From Eledone cirrhosa (taxonomy: Eukaryota): a stretch of DNA of 64,000 nucleotides. The first letter of the stretch is position 1; each line of letters begins with the position of its first letter. The stretch spans positions 126,666,001 through 126,730,000 of the forward strand of contig OZ024745.1 in the NCBI GenBank assembly GCA_964016885.1, read 5' to 3'. Under the pieces are notes generated by a model. The model did not search any database and was not told the DNA's origin. It saw only the letters and a list, made by a program, of their open reading frames with translations. Below, one piece after another: positions 24,997 to 38,863 of the stretch. A program made the position numbers and the translations under genes.

Positions 24997-25578
24997 CTGA
25001 AAAGTGAAAGAGATAAACATTATTACTACTGAAGGGCGGTGGATTGGCAGTAGCGGTAGAGCATCAGACACCATGCTTTGCAGCATAGAGTTATGGCTCT
25101 TTACGTTCTGAGTTAAAATCCCACCGAGGTTAACTTTGCCTTTCACCCTTGCGGGGTCAATAAAATAAAGCCCCAGTAATGCACTGGGGTTATTGCTGGC
25201 CTTGTGCCAAAAATAGAAACAATTATTGCTACTGAACCATGAAAAATGAGAAACAAAACTATAAATAATGATTTCTTTCTTAACCGCATGACAGAGGAAG
25301 AGGAAATAGTTGAAAGAATGATAGATAAAAATCCATAAACATGAGTCTGATGTTCTCTGAGATATCTGTAACATGATCACAGCTTAAAATATTCAGAGCA
25401 AGAGACTTGTATATTTATTGTACATAAACATATCATATATGCCTTCATATACACCTCTGTTATAAACCATGCTGTATTAGTTTTACTGCTAATTAATCCA
25501 TGCTATATTACTGTTACTGTTAATTAGCATTTATATTACTCTATATTTACTATTATATTTTCATTGTAAAGGCTTTAC

Positions 25579-25915
25579 AACTTATGACTATTTGATGCTA
25601 AACTCCGTCAATTGCATGCGATGCATCAACATGAGATATTTTTCTCCACAAAGTTCGATCACCAACAGCAGAGTTAATTGGATGATAAGATCACTTCAGA
25701 AGCTCTCTACATTCCAGAACCACATCATGAGACTTATGACTGGCAAGCAGCTCAGCGACCATATCTGTATCAGTGAGCTGCTCAACATTACCAGGCTTAG
25801 ACCAATTACATCAATTGTCAAGTCAATAGTACTCAAACTATATGGTCATATAAAAAGATCAACTCGTGGTGTGAGTAGGTTATGCCTGGAAGGAAGGTTG
25901 GTTAGTAAGAGAAGC
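25579..25915. mobile_element. Same RTE family, partly inverted insertion inside a piggyBac MITE
   Basis: 25671-25915 matches 59630-59871 directly; 25579-25670 matches the 3' end (59946 onward) in reverse; flanked by duplicated aaaggctttac. Confidence 0.8.
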
Positions 25916-27254
25916 AAAGGCTTTACCTCACATAATGATCTCACATAATCTCAAATCTATGAGATTTTGATATTATTTATTTTGAGAATAATACCTTAAC
26001 ATCAGTATGAGTGGTCGGTTGCAGCTGGTTTGAACAGAAAGAGGTGAGAGAATTCTGGCCAGATACGAGTGGTTTAAATGCTAAAGGGTTAATCCTGAGT
26101 GGTCTGGAGTAATGTGAAATAAAGTGTATTGCTAAAGAACACAATAGACTCCCCAGTCTGGGAATCAAACTCAAGACCTTACGATCATGATCTGAACACC
26201 CTAACCAATAGGCCATGCACCTTCACTATATAATTCCACCTGTACATTTCAGTTATTAGCACCATTAAAAAATCTGGAATCCCAGCTCTCCTTTCACACC
26301 CCAATCCCTTGCAGAAAACAACAGGGTTCAACTTCATGATGTTTTTCATTGTATTAACACTACTGCATCACTGATTTTATACATCAGCAAGGATACACAA
26401 GAACTGCTTATGCCTGCATATATGGACAAGGTTTAATCCGTCATTCAGCTGTCCAGCTACTATCCAATATGGTCATAATATGTGAAGAATTAATAAACAT
26501 CATCATCATCATTAATGTTTAATGTTTATTTTTATTCTTACATGGGTAGGATGGGTTGTCATCTTATGAGGCTATCCAGGTCAGATGACCCTGTCCTGCT
26601 CATACAATCTGTTCTAGGCTAGATTTTCTACAGTTGGATGCCCTTCCTAATACCAACCACATTACACAGCATACTGAGAGCTTTTTTTGGTACCACCACT
26701 ACCTCTTTACAGAGTGGAATGGGTGCTTTTGATCGTGGCACCAGCACTACCACCTTACATGTTGGACTAAGTGCTTTTTTTTCTTTGTTGTGGTACTGGC
26801 AAGAGTATCATATAAGATGGACTGGGTGCTTTTTGTTATGGTACCAGCATGACTACCATATAGGATGGACTGTGTGCTTTTTTGTCGTGGCACCAGCATG
26901 ACCACCTTTCAGAATGGACTGGATACTTTTTGTTGTGGTACCAACACCGTGGGAAAGCAATTGTGGAGCATGTCCAGCAACCCATCCATAAGTTGGAGAG
27001 GAAAGGTGTGTCAGAGGTGTGGAAGTGGGAGGGGAGTACAGCAATGCAAAACAAATTAACATAGAAAAACAGATACAAAATAGATTTATTTAGCTGTGAT
27101 AGCTAAAACTAAAGAAATATATTCTTTCATTCTTTCACTGTTTTCGGTGATGAGACTGTGGTCATGATGGAGCATGATGAAAACACATGATTAATAGCAA
27201 ATAGCACCAGAAAAATAATGAAACTTCAGACGAATTTAGAAGATGAATACAAAC

Positions 27255-27447
27255 CTGCAAAATTTGGGGATATTTGTAAACAACAGATTCACGGCATCTC
27301 TGAGAGAAATTAGAGGGTCTCTCATCACTCTGACATCGGTCGAGCAACAAAAGACGTCCATCTCCGCGCGCTAGATGATTCAGTTCTTCTCTGTACTCGC
27401 GGTGCAAGCCTCCTTGAGCTGATATCAATAGCCATCTTCTTGTTTCA
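27255..27447 (-). CDS. EXT2: Exostosin-2 exon
   Basis: ETRRWLLISAQGGLHREYREEL...LLLDRC...YKYPQILQ; ttttctag acceptor, gtttgt donor; 193 nt, in phase with flanking exons. Confidence 0.94.
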
Positions 27448-27552
27448 CTAGAAAAAAAGAAATGAAAAGCATTGTCATTGCTTGTTGCTTGTTACATCAA
27501 ATAGAAACAATTGGAGTTGGAAATATGTGTATGTGCATGTATGCTAACAAAT

Positions 27553-27593
<41 letters not shown>

Positions 27594-27759
27594 CCGTATT
27601 TCCCAGCACCAAAGACGCTTCGTCCTCGAGGACGAACCCTAATTTCAACAACCAAAAATAAAAAAAGATAATAAACAACCTTCGGCCTCCAGGACGTATG
27701 GCAGATTTTTTAGACTTATTTTAGAAAAAAAGTAGCGTCTTCGATGCCAGGAAATATGG
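27594..27759. mobile_element. Tc1/mariner-pogo-type MITE in (TA)n
   Basis: TIR ccgtattttcccagcaccaaagacgc / gcgtcttcgatgccaggaaatatgg. Confidence 0.7.
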
Positions 27760-30594
27760 TGCGTGTATATATATATATATATATCATCATCATCACCGTT
27801 TTTACGTCCGTTCTTCCATGCTAGCATGGGTTAGACGGTATATATATATATGGGACCACCCATGTAAACTCTCATATCAGAAGAAGTGTTGATTAAGAGT
27901 CAGGATCCAATTGCATGGTCAAACCCAAGCTGATTGATATAGAAAAATTATAATATAAAGTTTACAAAAAGCTGCAATTCCTATTGTCACTTTATACACA
28001 CACACATATATAAGATGGTGATAATGCATATATCCATAAAGGTCCAACAGCCAACACTGTCAGCCCACACCTTACTATTGTCCTCCCAGCCCTGTCAGGT
28101 GGATGTTGTGATGCCACAATAAATCTTACCCAGTACACACCATGAAGTTGTTGACATTAGGAAGGATATTCAGCAAAAAAAAAAACATGCTAGACTGGAA
28201 TGTATTAGGTTAGGCACAGTCATCTGACCTCTCTGGCCACATAAGGTAACAACCTGTCAAACCCATGCAAGCATGAAAAATAGACATAAAACAATAATGA
28301 TAATGATGAAACATATATGCACAAACACCAGTATGACCAGACTTTCATACCAACAAATGGTAGTTTTCCCAACCATATTGATTTTACTATTTGTATTCAA
28401 TTTCTATGCAAGTGTAATATTTTTTCCTACATATATAGGCTGAGATTTGGGAATTCATATGTGGTTGGTGTTAGGAAGGGCATCCAGCCGTAGAAAACCT
28501 GCCAGACAGTCCTATACGAGCAAGACAACCAATCTTGCCTCTAGTGGGACAATTCCCGTCTAAATCCATGCTAGCGTGGAAGATAGACGTTAAATGATGA
28601 TGATGATGATGATGATATATGTGTGTGTGTGTATTTGTAAACATTGAACATCTAATAAACATATACATAACAACAATTACAACAATCACCTCCTTCATCT
28701 CTTCATGCACTCAGCCACTTGCAACTAAGAGTAGAAACTACTCCAGTTACTTCAGCTCAACAAAGTAACCAGACCTGTCAGAATTTCTACAATAACTCTC
28801 AAACAGTAAGCTACTATGTTGGTGTCTATATTTACTAAGTTCTTCCATTTCTTTTCTCCAGAGATAAACCCTAAAGTATAGAAACATGCAGTATCTATTT
28901 AAGAGTTAATATTTCTGACCTTGCTAAATACCTACATATCATCTTCACTTACAACTTTCAAAGGATATGAAAGACATTTTTTCATATTTTACTACCATTG
29001 GTTTCACACTTTGAAAAAAAACCTTTGCAAAGGCCATTTGAGATTGGTCAAGATTTTAACGTCCTCCGTTTATCTCCTTTTTATTAGACTTTTAATTTAC
29101 TATGTGAAGGCACATGGCTTAGTGGTTAGAGCATTGGGCTTGCAATCGAAAGGTTGTGAGTTCAATTCTCAGACCGGGTGATGTGTTGTTTCCTTAAGCA
29201 AGACACTTTATTTCACATTGCTCCAGTTTACTCAGCTGTAGAAATGAGATGATAGGACTGGGGTTCCTATCATTCCACTGCAAAGTGGTCGTGGAGGTGC
29301 CATGGCAAAAAAACACCCAGCCCACACTGTAAAGTGGTCGTGTAGGCGCCACGGAAAAAAGCACCCAGCACTCGCTGTAAATGAGGTTGGTGTTAGTAAG
29401 GGCATCCAGCTGTAGAAATCAAGCCAGAATCCGTTCCCGTATGAGCAAGACAAAGTCAGCCGACTGGACACTGCCCACAACAGGACAGCCCGTCTAACCC
29501 ATGCTAGCATGGAAGAACGGACATAAAACGGCGATGATGATGATGATGATGACAACTCCATTATGGAGAATGGTTGTGATGGAAATTTCTTTCTCCAACC
29601 CTCTCTGAATCAACTCCCTGACACACACCAGCTTTAGATTATGCCTGCCTACCCTCCTTCTGCACAAAAACAACTTTCAAGCTGTTATTTCTAACCATAT
29701 ATAGTCCAATACAAATGATTCTACACTTCACACTTTGACAACCATTTGCATACAAGCATCATCTTCATGTAACCTCACACTAAATATGCATTAATTTCAT
29801 GAACAAAAATCCTTAATCTCATTTAATAGCACCAAGACAGCCATTATACATATCAAGGAAACACCTTCAATGCTATACCTCAATTACTTAGAGACAACAT
29901 GCATAACTTTTACAAACATTAAAAATATTGAACCTGACAATTTCTGATGACATTGATATGACCATGCATCAATAAAATAGTTAAACTGCATTGTAAAGAT
30001 TAGTTTTCTAGAAACTGAAAACACTTCACTGTTATCATGAATACAGCAGCTGCTACATACATATATAGATTGAATTTCATTGATTAACAAATCTTCACTT
30101 ACCAAAACACTACAGCCACTGTGGTGCTTTTTTTTCTCTCTATCTCTTCCATTACTACAACAATTACTGCTTTTCTCAAATAACAACTTGTGTCCTACTC
30201 TGGCTAAAGCCCACCAAATCTATCCAACTCTTTTCTTCCCACCATGCCTAATGTTTCACTCCACAATAGATGTATGTATGAACCTGTAACACCTGATGGA
30301 GTTGTAGGGGCTCTCCATAGTGACATACAAGGTTTCATGGTCATTTTGAACCTGTTAGGTCCCATCCACTCTCCAGGTCTGTCTGAGTACAGCTGATTTC
30401 TTCTTCTTCTTCTTAGAGAGAGAGAGAGAGTGGGTGGGGGTGGGGTATTGAGCTCAGTATTGGACTACTAGTTTTTTAATTTCTTATTCAACCTTGAAAG
30501 GGTGAAAGGCAAAATTCACCTCGGGGAAATTTGAACACAGAGTAGTAAACACTGATCTCACACACTATATCAACTGAATGAACACAAACTCGCA

Positions 30595-30810
30595 AGGAAG
30601 CCTCTATGTGGTCGTTCTACCTACTAGAAATAGCAGTCAAACTTCCCTCAAACCCCTCCATACAATTTTAAAAGACAAAGAACACACTGGATAATGTAGT
30701 CCAAGATATATTATCTCTGGAGGTTAAAAAAAGGATTATTTTATGGCTGAAACATCTTTCATTTCAAGTCTTCTCATTCAAAGCTGACCTGGAACTAAAA
30801 TAACATCAAC
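30595..30810 (+). repeat. Dispersed repeat family E (also inside 13640-14100, 36610-36820 -, 58165-58340 -, 60535-60685)
   Basis: Shared acct(g/a)ctagaaatagcag.caaa...ccctcaaa block; class not determined. Confidence 0.55.
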
Positions 30811-32538
30811 ATCAAAGTTAACAGAATTTATCACTTTCCTGGTTATTTATGTTCATCCTTATTTCATTGCATCTAGTGCAACAAAGATTGTGGATCTTTT
30901 TCAGTCAGTTAACCCTTTAGAATTTAAACCGGCTGTATTTGGCCAGAATTCTTTCAAATCTTTCAGTTCAAACTGGCCGTAACCAGCCACTCATACTGAC
31001 ATTAAGGTATTGTCCTCAAAATCAATAATATTAATATCTCATAGATTCAATATTATGTGAGATAAAGCCTTTACTGTGAAAATACAATAGTAAATATAGA
31101 GTAATGTAAATACTAAAGGCTTAAAGTGAACATGTATTGACAACAAATAGAGTTACTCTACTCTATACTCCTTTCTTATAATAATAATAATGAAATTATT
31201 GGGTACAGTGCTCAGGTGCACTACAACTCATCAAAGGTGCATGTATAGTACATAGAATAATTGTTTTTACTTTTGGCACAAGGCCAGCAATTATCCCAGT
31301 GCATTACTGGTACTTTATTTTATCGACCACGTAAGGATGAAAGGCAAAGTCAACCTCGGCGGGATTTGAACTCAGATCGTAAAGGGACATAACTATGCTG
31401 GAAAGCATGTCCGACCCTCTACGGATACTGCCAATTCACCGTACATAGAATAATATCAAATAAATATGTAACAAAATCAAAAACATATTTGGAGCATCTA
31501 AATTACTGAAATAAACTTGAGAGATACACATTCAAAAAGTTAAACTAAGAAACAAAATCGACATAATCAAAATCTTTATAATAAAGAAATAAACTCAAGT
31601 GTTACACAATCAAAATGTTAAATAAAAGAACAAAATCAAAGACATCATCGAAATCTTTAACATAAGTTTCTGATTTCGGCACAAGGCTAACAATTTTGGA
31701 GGAGGAGGAAGTCAATTAAATAGACTCCAGTGCATTACTGGTACTTTGTGTTATCGACCCTGTAAGGATGAAAGGCAAAGCTAACATCAGCAGGATTTAA
31801 ACTCAGCACGTGAAGGGTCATAACTCTATGCCAGGAAGCATGTTGTCCGATGTTCTACCAATTCACCACCATAGAATCTTTAGTATAATGAAACAACTAC
31901 TACACATTAAACACCCTTCACTATAGAATTAGGACCATTTTTTTAATGAAATTGGATTTTTATTTGCCAGTACTTCCTGAATCAATTCTGCTATAAAAAA
32001 ACAACTATTTGTACCCACACGCACATACACTGATATAACATTCATATAATTGGATGTCTGTGTAGGCTCTTAAGTTCAAAATATATACTTCTCAAGGATT
32101 ACTGTGAAAATAATGTTCTTTCATTGATTTGGTTTAGTCCAAAACATCCTGGCAGGTTTTGATCATACAACAATAAACTAGATATCTTGCTTGAAATCAT
32201 CCAATTATTTAGCTACTGAACATACAACTCATCCCATCACACCAGATAATTTGCTTGACCCCACTCTAATACTGATATTTATTCCACTAATTATGTAGGT
32301 GACACTTGATTGATATCAACAAACACCTATCTCAGGTGTGTACTATTGTGCTGATTTGATTATTCTAAAGACAATTGTAAGTAAATTTGAAGAAAAATTA
32401 ACTTAGTTTTTGGCTGTTACGAAGCTTTAATTCAGATTTCCACAACAATGCCCTTAGCTCTCATAAGGCAAGAAAACCTCTGTATCAGTCAAACATCTTA
32501 GTGTTAGAAAACAGATAATATCAATTTATAGATATATA

Positions 32539-32892
32539 CAGTGTACTCCAGCATTTATGGTTCTGGCATTTACGGTCCCGGTTTTTTGTGGAATTTTCCT
32601 CTGAACCTAACTAATAATTGTTCATGGAAACTACCGCATATTCGCGGAATTGTAAATATCTTCTGTGATTTTTTTATGGCTTTTTTTGTGGCAATATATA
32701 TTATTTCATACTTTTTAATATTAAATCATTAATAACAATATACCATATTTGCCAGCCTATATTCTACGTTATGTTTTGATGTTTATAGGCATTTTTATGA
32801 ACTATGTCCAATATTCGCAGTTTTCCCCTCTTCGTGGGTGCTCTAGGAATGTAATCCCCTAGAATACCGGGGGGGGGGGGGGGGTCAACTAT
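32539..32892. mobile_element. Tigger-like MITE; second copy 37573-37880
   Basis: TA-cagtgta start; the two copies align along their length (ccgcatattcgcggaattgtaaatatcttctgtgatttt). Confidence 0.65.
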
Positions 32893-34716
32893 AAATATAC
32901 TTTTCCTTCTTGACTGAGATATAGGTATTTTTAACAACATTTTTTAGATAAAAATGTTTTTGTATCCAATCTTCATTAGTGAAGAAGCATTAGCAGGCTT
33001 CATAGCCCAAAAGTTAAATAACAGTAATTTACAATGGGTACTTTAATATTTGAAAATTGTACTAACTTATTGTGCAGGATGGCTAACCATGAATAATGTT
33101 GCAAAATTTGCAATATATATTTCATTGTGATTTTAACCTTTTAGCATTTAAACCGTCCGTATCTGGCCAGAATTCTCTCACATCTTTCTGTTCAAACTGG
33201 TTGTAACCAACTGCTCATACTGATGTTAAGGTATTGTTCTCAAAATAAATAATATCAAAATCTCAGATTTGATATTATGTGAGGTAAAGCCTTTACCACA
33301 AAAAATACAATAGAAAATATAGAGTAATGCAAATGGGTTAAATTAAATACATTTTACTTAGAGCTCTTAACTTCACTGAAATATAACCAGTTTCCACTTA
33401 GTAACTAAATTATTATATCAATATAAGGAAATGTATCCAAGTTTAACAATGTCTAAATTTTCAGAACTACCCCTAATAATGGTTTCTACTATAGGCACAA
33501 GGCCAACAGATTTGAGAGAGGGGAAAATTATTTAAATCAACCCCAGTGCATTATTGGTGTTTTATTTTATCAAACCTGTAAGGATGAAAGGCAAAGCTAA
33601 TCTCAGAGAGATTTGAACCCAGGACCTAAAGAACCTTAACTATATGCCACAAAGCATGTTGTATGATGCTCTACCAATACTGCCAATACATAATAATTGT
33701 TTCTACTTTTGGCATAAGGCCAGCAATTACCCAGTGTATTACTGGTACTTTATTTTATCGACCCTGTAAGGATGAAAGGCAAAGTTAACCTCGGTAATGA
33801 TTTCTAATTTAGGCATAAGGCCAGCAATTTGGGGGAAAAGGAAAATCAATTACATCTTCTGCAGTACTTAACTAGTACTTCATTTTATCAACCTCAGAAG
33901 GATGAAAGACAAAGTTGAATGAGATTTGAACTCAGAAAAGTTGTAAATAAATATTGCAAAGAATTTTGTCAGATGCTCTACCGATTCTACCAATCCACTG
34001 ACCTATCCCTAATAATGCAAAAATTGCTTCAACTTAGCAACTAAATTATCATATAAGGAAATGTGTCCAAGTTTAACATCACCATCACCATCTTCCATGC
34101 TTGCATGAGTTAGATGAATTATGAGTCTAGTCACGTCTTGCTCATACAGATCTGTTTTGGGCTTGGTTTTCTATGGCTGGATGCCCTTCCTAATGCTAAC
34201 TACTTTACAGTATGTACTGGGAACATTTCTCATGGTGCCCTCACTACCACCATACAGGATTGACAGGGTGTCTACATTTTCAGAACTATCTATAATAATA
34301 GTTTCTGATATAGGTACAAGGCCAGCAATTTTGGGGGGAGGGGAAAGTCGATTAAATAGAACCCAGTGCGTGACTGGTACGTTATTTTATTGATCTTGTA
34401 AGGATGAAAGGCAAAGCTAACCTTGCCGGGATTTGAACTCAGATCATAAAGGGCCGTAACTCTATGTTGCGAAGCGTGTTGTCCTACACTTTATTGATAT
34501 TGCCAATCCACTGCCCTAGAACTGATCATCATCATCATCGTTTAACGTCCATCTTCCACGCTAGCATGGGTTGGACGGTTTTGTCCTACTTGAGGAGAGA
34601 TTGGTCAGGAGACCGTGTCTCACTCGTACAGAACTGTTTCTGGCAGGTTTTCTATGGCTGGATTCCCTTCCTAACACCAGTGTGGACTGGGAGCCTTGTT
34701 ACCGTGTCTCCTACAC

Positions 34717-35025
34717 CAGTGCTTCTCAAACTATCTGATGTGGCGGACTTGCATTTTTTTTTCAATGTGCCACGTTCCGCTAATATTTCGTAGTAATATT
34801 AATTTATACCGGAAATGATATATATAATGAATATAATAATAGTTGACCATTTTTTTATCTTCTATTTATTTTGTAAACAAATAATACAATATGAAACCAT
34901 AGAAAAAAGTAATAAAAAAATTCCTCAAATGATTCCTTAGCATGGCCTGAACACTGGCCGCGTACCCGTAGCTGATGGCTCGCGTACTGGCACCAGTCTA
35001 CGGACCACCACTTTGAGTAGCACTG
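34717..35025. mobile_element. hAT-type MITE
   Basis: TIR cagtgcttctcaaa / tttgagtagcactg; 8-bp TSD tcctacac / tcctacat. Confidence 0.85.
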
Positions 35026-37002
35026 TCCTACATGACTATTTTACACTATCTATAATAATGCGAAACATGCTATTACTTAGCAACTAAATTATCATATAAG
35101 GAAATATGTCCAAGTTTAACAATGTCTACATTTTCAGAATTATCCATGTTAGCTTAAAGTAAAACATGCAAAAGAATAACATGATTAATCATTTTTACTG
35201 TATAAACAATTCATTATATCAGAGATAAAGAAATGTGGGAGTTGAAATGGTGAAAAATAAAAGCTACAATAAATTAATACAAAAGTCAAATTTGAAATAG
35301 CTGGCTGATGAGTAGTTTCATTGAAATAGCTGGCTGACGAGTAGTTTCATTAATTCAACCCATATGTCACCAAAAGGTTTCTAAGAAGCTATATTTTTCT
35401 CCTATTTTAGCATCAGTGCTTAATTTGTGTGATATATAAATCCTTTATTGTTAAACAGAAGTATACAATGATGAAAATATTTGTTAAAACAGATTAAAAT
35501 AATAAAGTGAATGATGCAAAAGAGAAAAAGATAGGAGAAAAAACTAAATTTAAAAAAAGGGGCTGTGGTGGGGGTTATATTGCAGCTGCCCCCCACAGAC
35601 AAGATGGTGAAAGTATCGCCATGGAGAATGCCAATGATATCCACAGTATCAGCCATTTCTCCCCACAGGGTTCCTTCTGCAGGTCGGATACACTGCCCAC
35701 AATTTTATGGGGGGGGGGGGGGGAAACTGCAGTTTGGATATCTGTATATGAGGTTGGCACTAGGAAGGGCATCCAGCTGTAGAAATCAAGGCCAAATCAA
35801 TTCTGTATGAGCAAGACATAGTTACCTGACCTGGCATTGCCCACAACAGGACAACTCGTCTAACCCATGCTAGCATGGAAAAATGGATGTAAATGATGAT
35901 GATAATGTTTGAGGCAGGTAGACTTCAGTTATGATGGGAAACTGGCCACATTAAGGTTCCTTTTGATGATTTTTTTCTTCTTGAAAGTCCTAACAAGTGT
36001 AAGGGACTATGAAGAAGGAAAAATTATGATAAAAAGAATGAATTTGCTTTAGACTTGAAAGAGTTAAGGTCATAGAAGGAGGAAAACAATGAAATGGAAG
36101 GAAGTTCCAAAGTCTGGCAAAGTGGTGTGCTGAGGAAACCAACCTGCACTATGGCAATAAGAGAGTAGATATAGTCTGAATTCATTAACTGTAGCTCCAC
36201 AACAGCATTTTCTATTGCTCACAAAGCATGAATCAACAGTATTTTGCACAATACTTGTAATTTTATTTGCAGTTTCCAATCTCAACCATTGTTGTTTAAT
36301 ATCGTATTTGTTAGAGAGAGAGGGGGTGGGGGAGAAACTGTTGAATCTGGAGCAGTAGACAATGTAACCATGGTCCAGTTAAGGAGATATTTCATTTGAA
36401 AGCAGACAATACATGACTAATTTCTTTATGTCACTGGAATTTCAGTTTGCACATCAGTACTTTTTCTAGCAATGTAATAAATAAACAAATTGTCACACAA
36501 ACCAGTCACATATAGCTGGTGTTTATCTTTTAATCTTATTGGATGAAGTTCTAGAAAAACAAATATTTCTTTAGGTATTAATCTATCAGAGTGAACCTTC
36601 TCGAATGGGCCAGTGCTCAGGTTCGTATTGTTTAGCCTCTGGTCAGCCCTCATTAAGTAGATTTATGGTCAAATGTGCTCCAACTGTGACCAACCCATTT
36701 TTTTAGCATTATCTAAGACTAAATGTCCAATGTGTCTTTTCCTTATTTAAATCTGTAGTATGTAATTTGAAGGAGACTTGACTACTATTTCTAGCAAATT
36801 GAGTGAACATGTAGAGGTGCCCTTGTTGACTAATGATCAGTCTTCAGTTAAGTGAATATAAACAAGAAGAATTAAATGTTACATCCAAATACTATTTGAA
36901 ATGCTTGGATGACAATTTCAAATTAACTTGTGGTTCAATTTTTTACATTTTTGATACCAACCCACCTGGAACTAACCCTGGTTTTATGATACAAAGCTAC
37001 CT

Positions 37003-37488
37003 ACCATATATACTCGTATATAATCCAAGAAATATGTGACAAAAAAAATTGATGGAAAAATGGGATCACCTTATATTTGAGTTCAATATTTTGCTGATTT
37101 TCACCAAATTTCAAAATTCTATGTAAATGAAATGTTAAAATATTTTCACTTTGGAGGTGAATATTACCGTAGTTTCACTTTCAAAATGAAATCCGTTTTT
37201 GATATGTTTTGAAAAAAAATGGTCTTTCAAATGGATTAGTAAAAAAAATCATTATGTAAAGGATTTCTGAAACAAAAACTATACTCTAAACAACACTTAA
37301 AACATTTTGAATATCAAAATAATAAAACTTCATAAATATATTTTCGACACATCAAACTTTCAAAACAACACCATAGAAACATTTTGAGTTGATTTGCTGC
37401 CTCGACTTATACACAAGGTTTGGATTTTTGCCTATTTCTCAGACATAAAATAAGGGGATAGAGGCGGCTTATATTCAAGTATATACAG
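37003..37488. mobile_element. Tc1/mariner-pogo-type non-autonomous element
   Basis: TA-ccatatatactcgtatataa...ttatattcaagtatatacag-TA. Confidence 0.6.
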
Positions 37489-38826
37489 TATTATAAAATG
37501 TTTATAGTTCTATCAAAACCTTCCACGATAATTTTATTTAAGAAATGTTTGTTAAGTGATATTATAAATATACAGTGTAACCCTGGCATTCGCGGTCCTG
37601 GTTATTTGCGGAATTTTCCTCAGAATCTAACTATTAATTGGTCATGGAAACCACCACATATTCGCGGAATCGTAAATATCTTCTGTGATTTTTCATGGCT
37701 TTTTTCATGGCAATATATGTTTTTTAACGCTAAATTATTAATAACAATATACCGTATTTGCTGGCCTATATTTTACATTATGTTTTTACGTTTACAGGCA
37801 TTTTTATGGACCACATCCAATATTTGCAGTTTTTCACTCTTCACTCTTGTAACCTCAGCAAATACCGGTAGACAATTGTATATCAGTAGAGAAATACAAT
37901 GATTTCTATTTTGAAATATATTAGAGAATAGGGAGAGATATGCACACACACATACTTCAATTTCTTTCATCATCATTATTTTACATGTTTTCCACACTGG
38001 CATGAGTTGGATGGGTTGTTACAGTCTAAGACCAAATGAGTCAGAATGACCACATGTTGCTCAAATGTACCATATTTGTGCATTTTGCATGGTGCCAGCT
38101 CTACCACTTTGTAAAGTGGACTGGGTACATTTTATCATGGCACGAATACTTGAGAAGTTGTCACATGCTCAGCCACACTGAAGAGTCCTCTCAAACCCTA
38201 TATTGTCTCCATTCTATTGACAATCACTGTAGCCTCTGGTCTCTTACTTTCCATGTCACAATACTTGAACTGGGACAGGTCTTTTGTATTATGGTTTATC
38301 ACCAATCAGATCAATCTTGTGTCATTTCCTTGAGGTTATCCTTCACAACTTTATCCCACATCTTTTTTGGTCTTCATTTTCCACAGATTCCATTCACTTC
38401 AGGCACTTAGCACTTTTTTGTTTTATACATGTCTTGCTCTCCTTACACATCCCATGACTATACCAGTACACCTGTCTTTCTTGTACACTACACTCAATTC
38501 CTCTTACAGTCAACCTTTCTCTCAGTTCATTTGTAACTCACACACTAACATGACACATCAAGCAAAGTGTGAACAGCAAGTTCAAATATTCCCTTTTTAT
38601 AAATGTTCAAGAGATGCTCTAAAGCATTAACAAGATATTAAGAAATATTTTATAAAGAAATTCACTAACTATTTAATAGCATCTAAATTTATATCTTGAT
38701 AAGTCTCTTGAAAGACGAAAACACTATATTATTATATATTTTTCACAAGTGATAGACAGTATACTTATTTAATTCTTCAGACAATTATACTTATTACATT
38801 ACTATATATGTGTCTCTCTCTCTCTC

Positions 38827-38863
<37 letters not shown>

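Noticed and set aside
24790-25380. 196-aa ORF, and similarly extended ORFs at 21010-21537, 18828-19115, 27162-27428
   Set aside because: Only the spliced EXT2 exon portions are coding; the extensions are intron or SINE sequence.
35293-35352. CTGATGA...GAAA hammerhead-like string
   Set aside because: Arises from a 30-bp tandem duplication; no convincing stem I or II.
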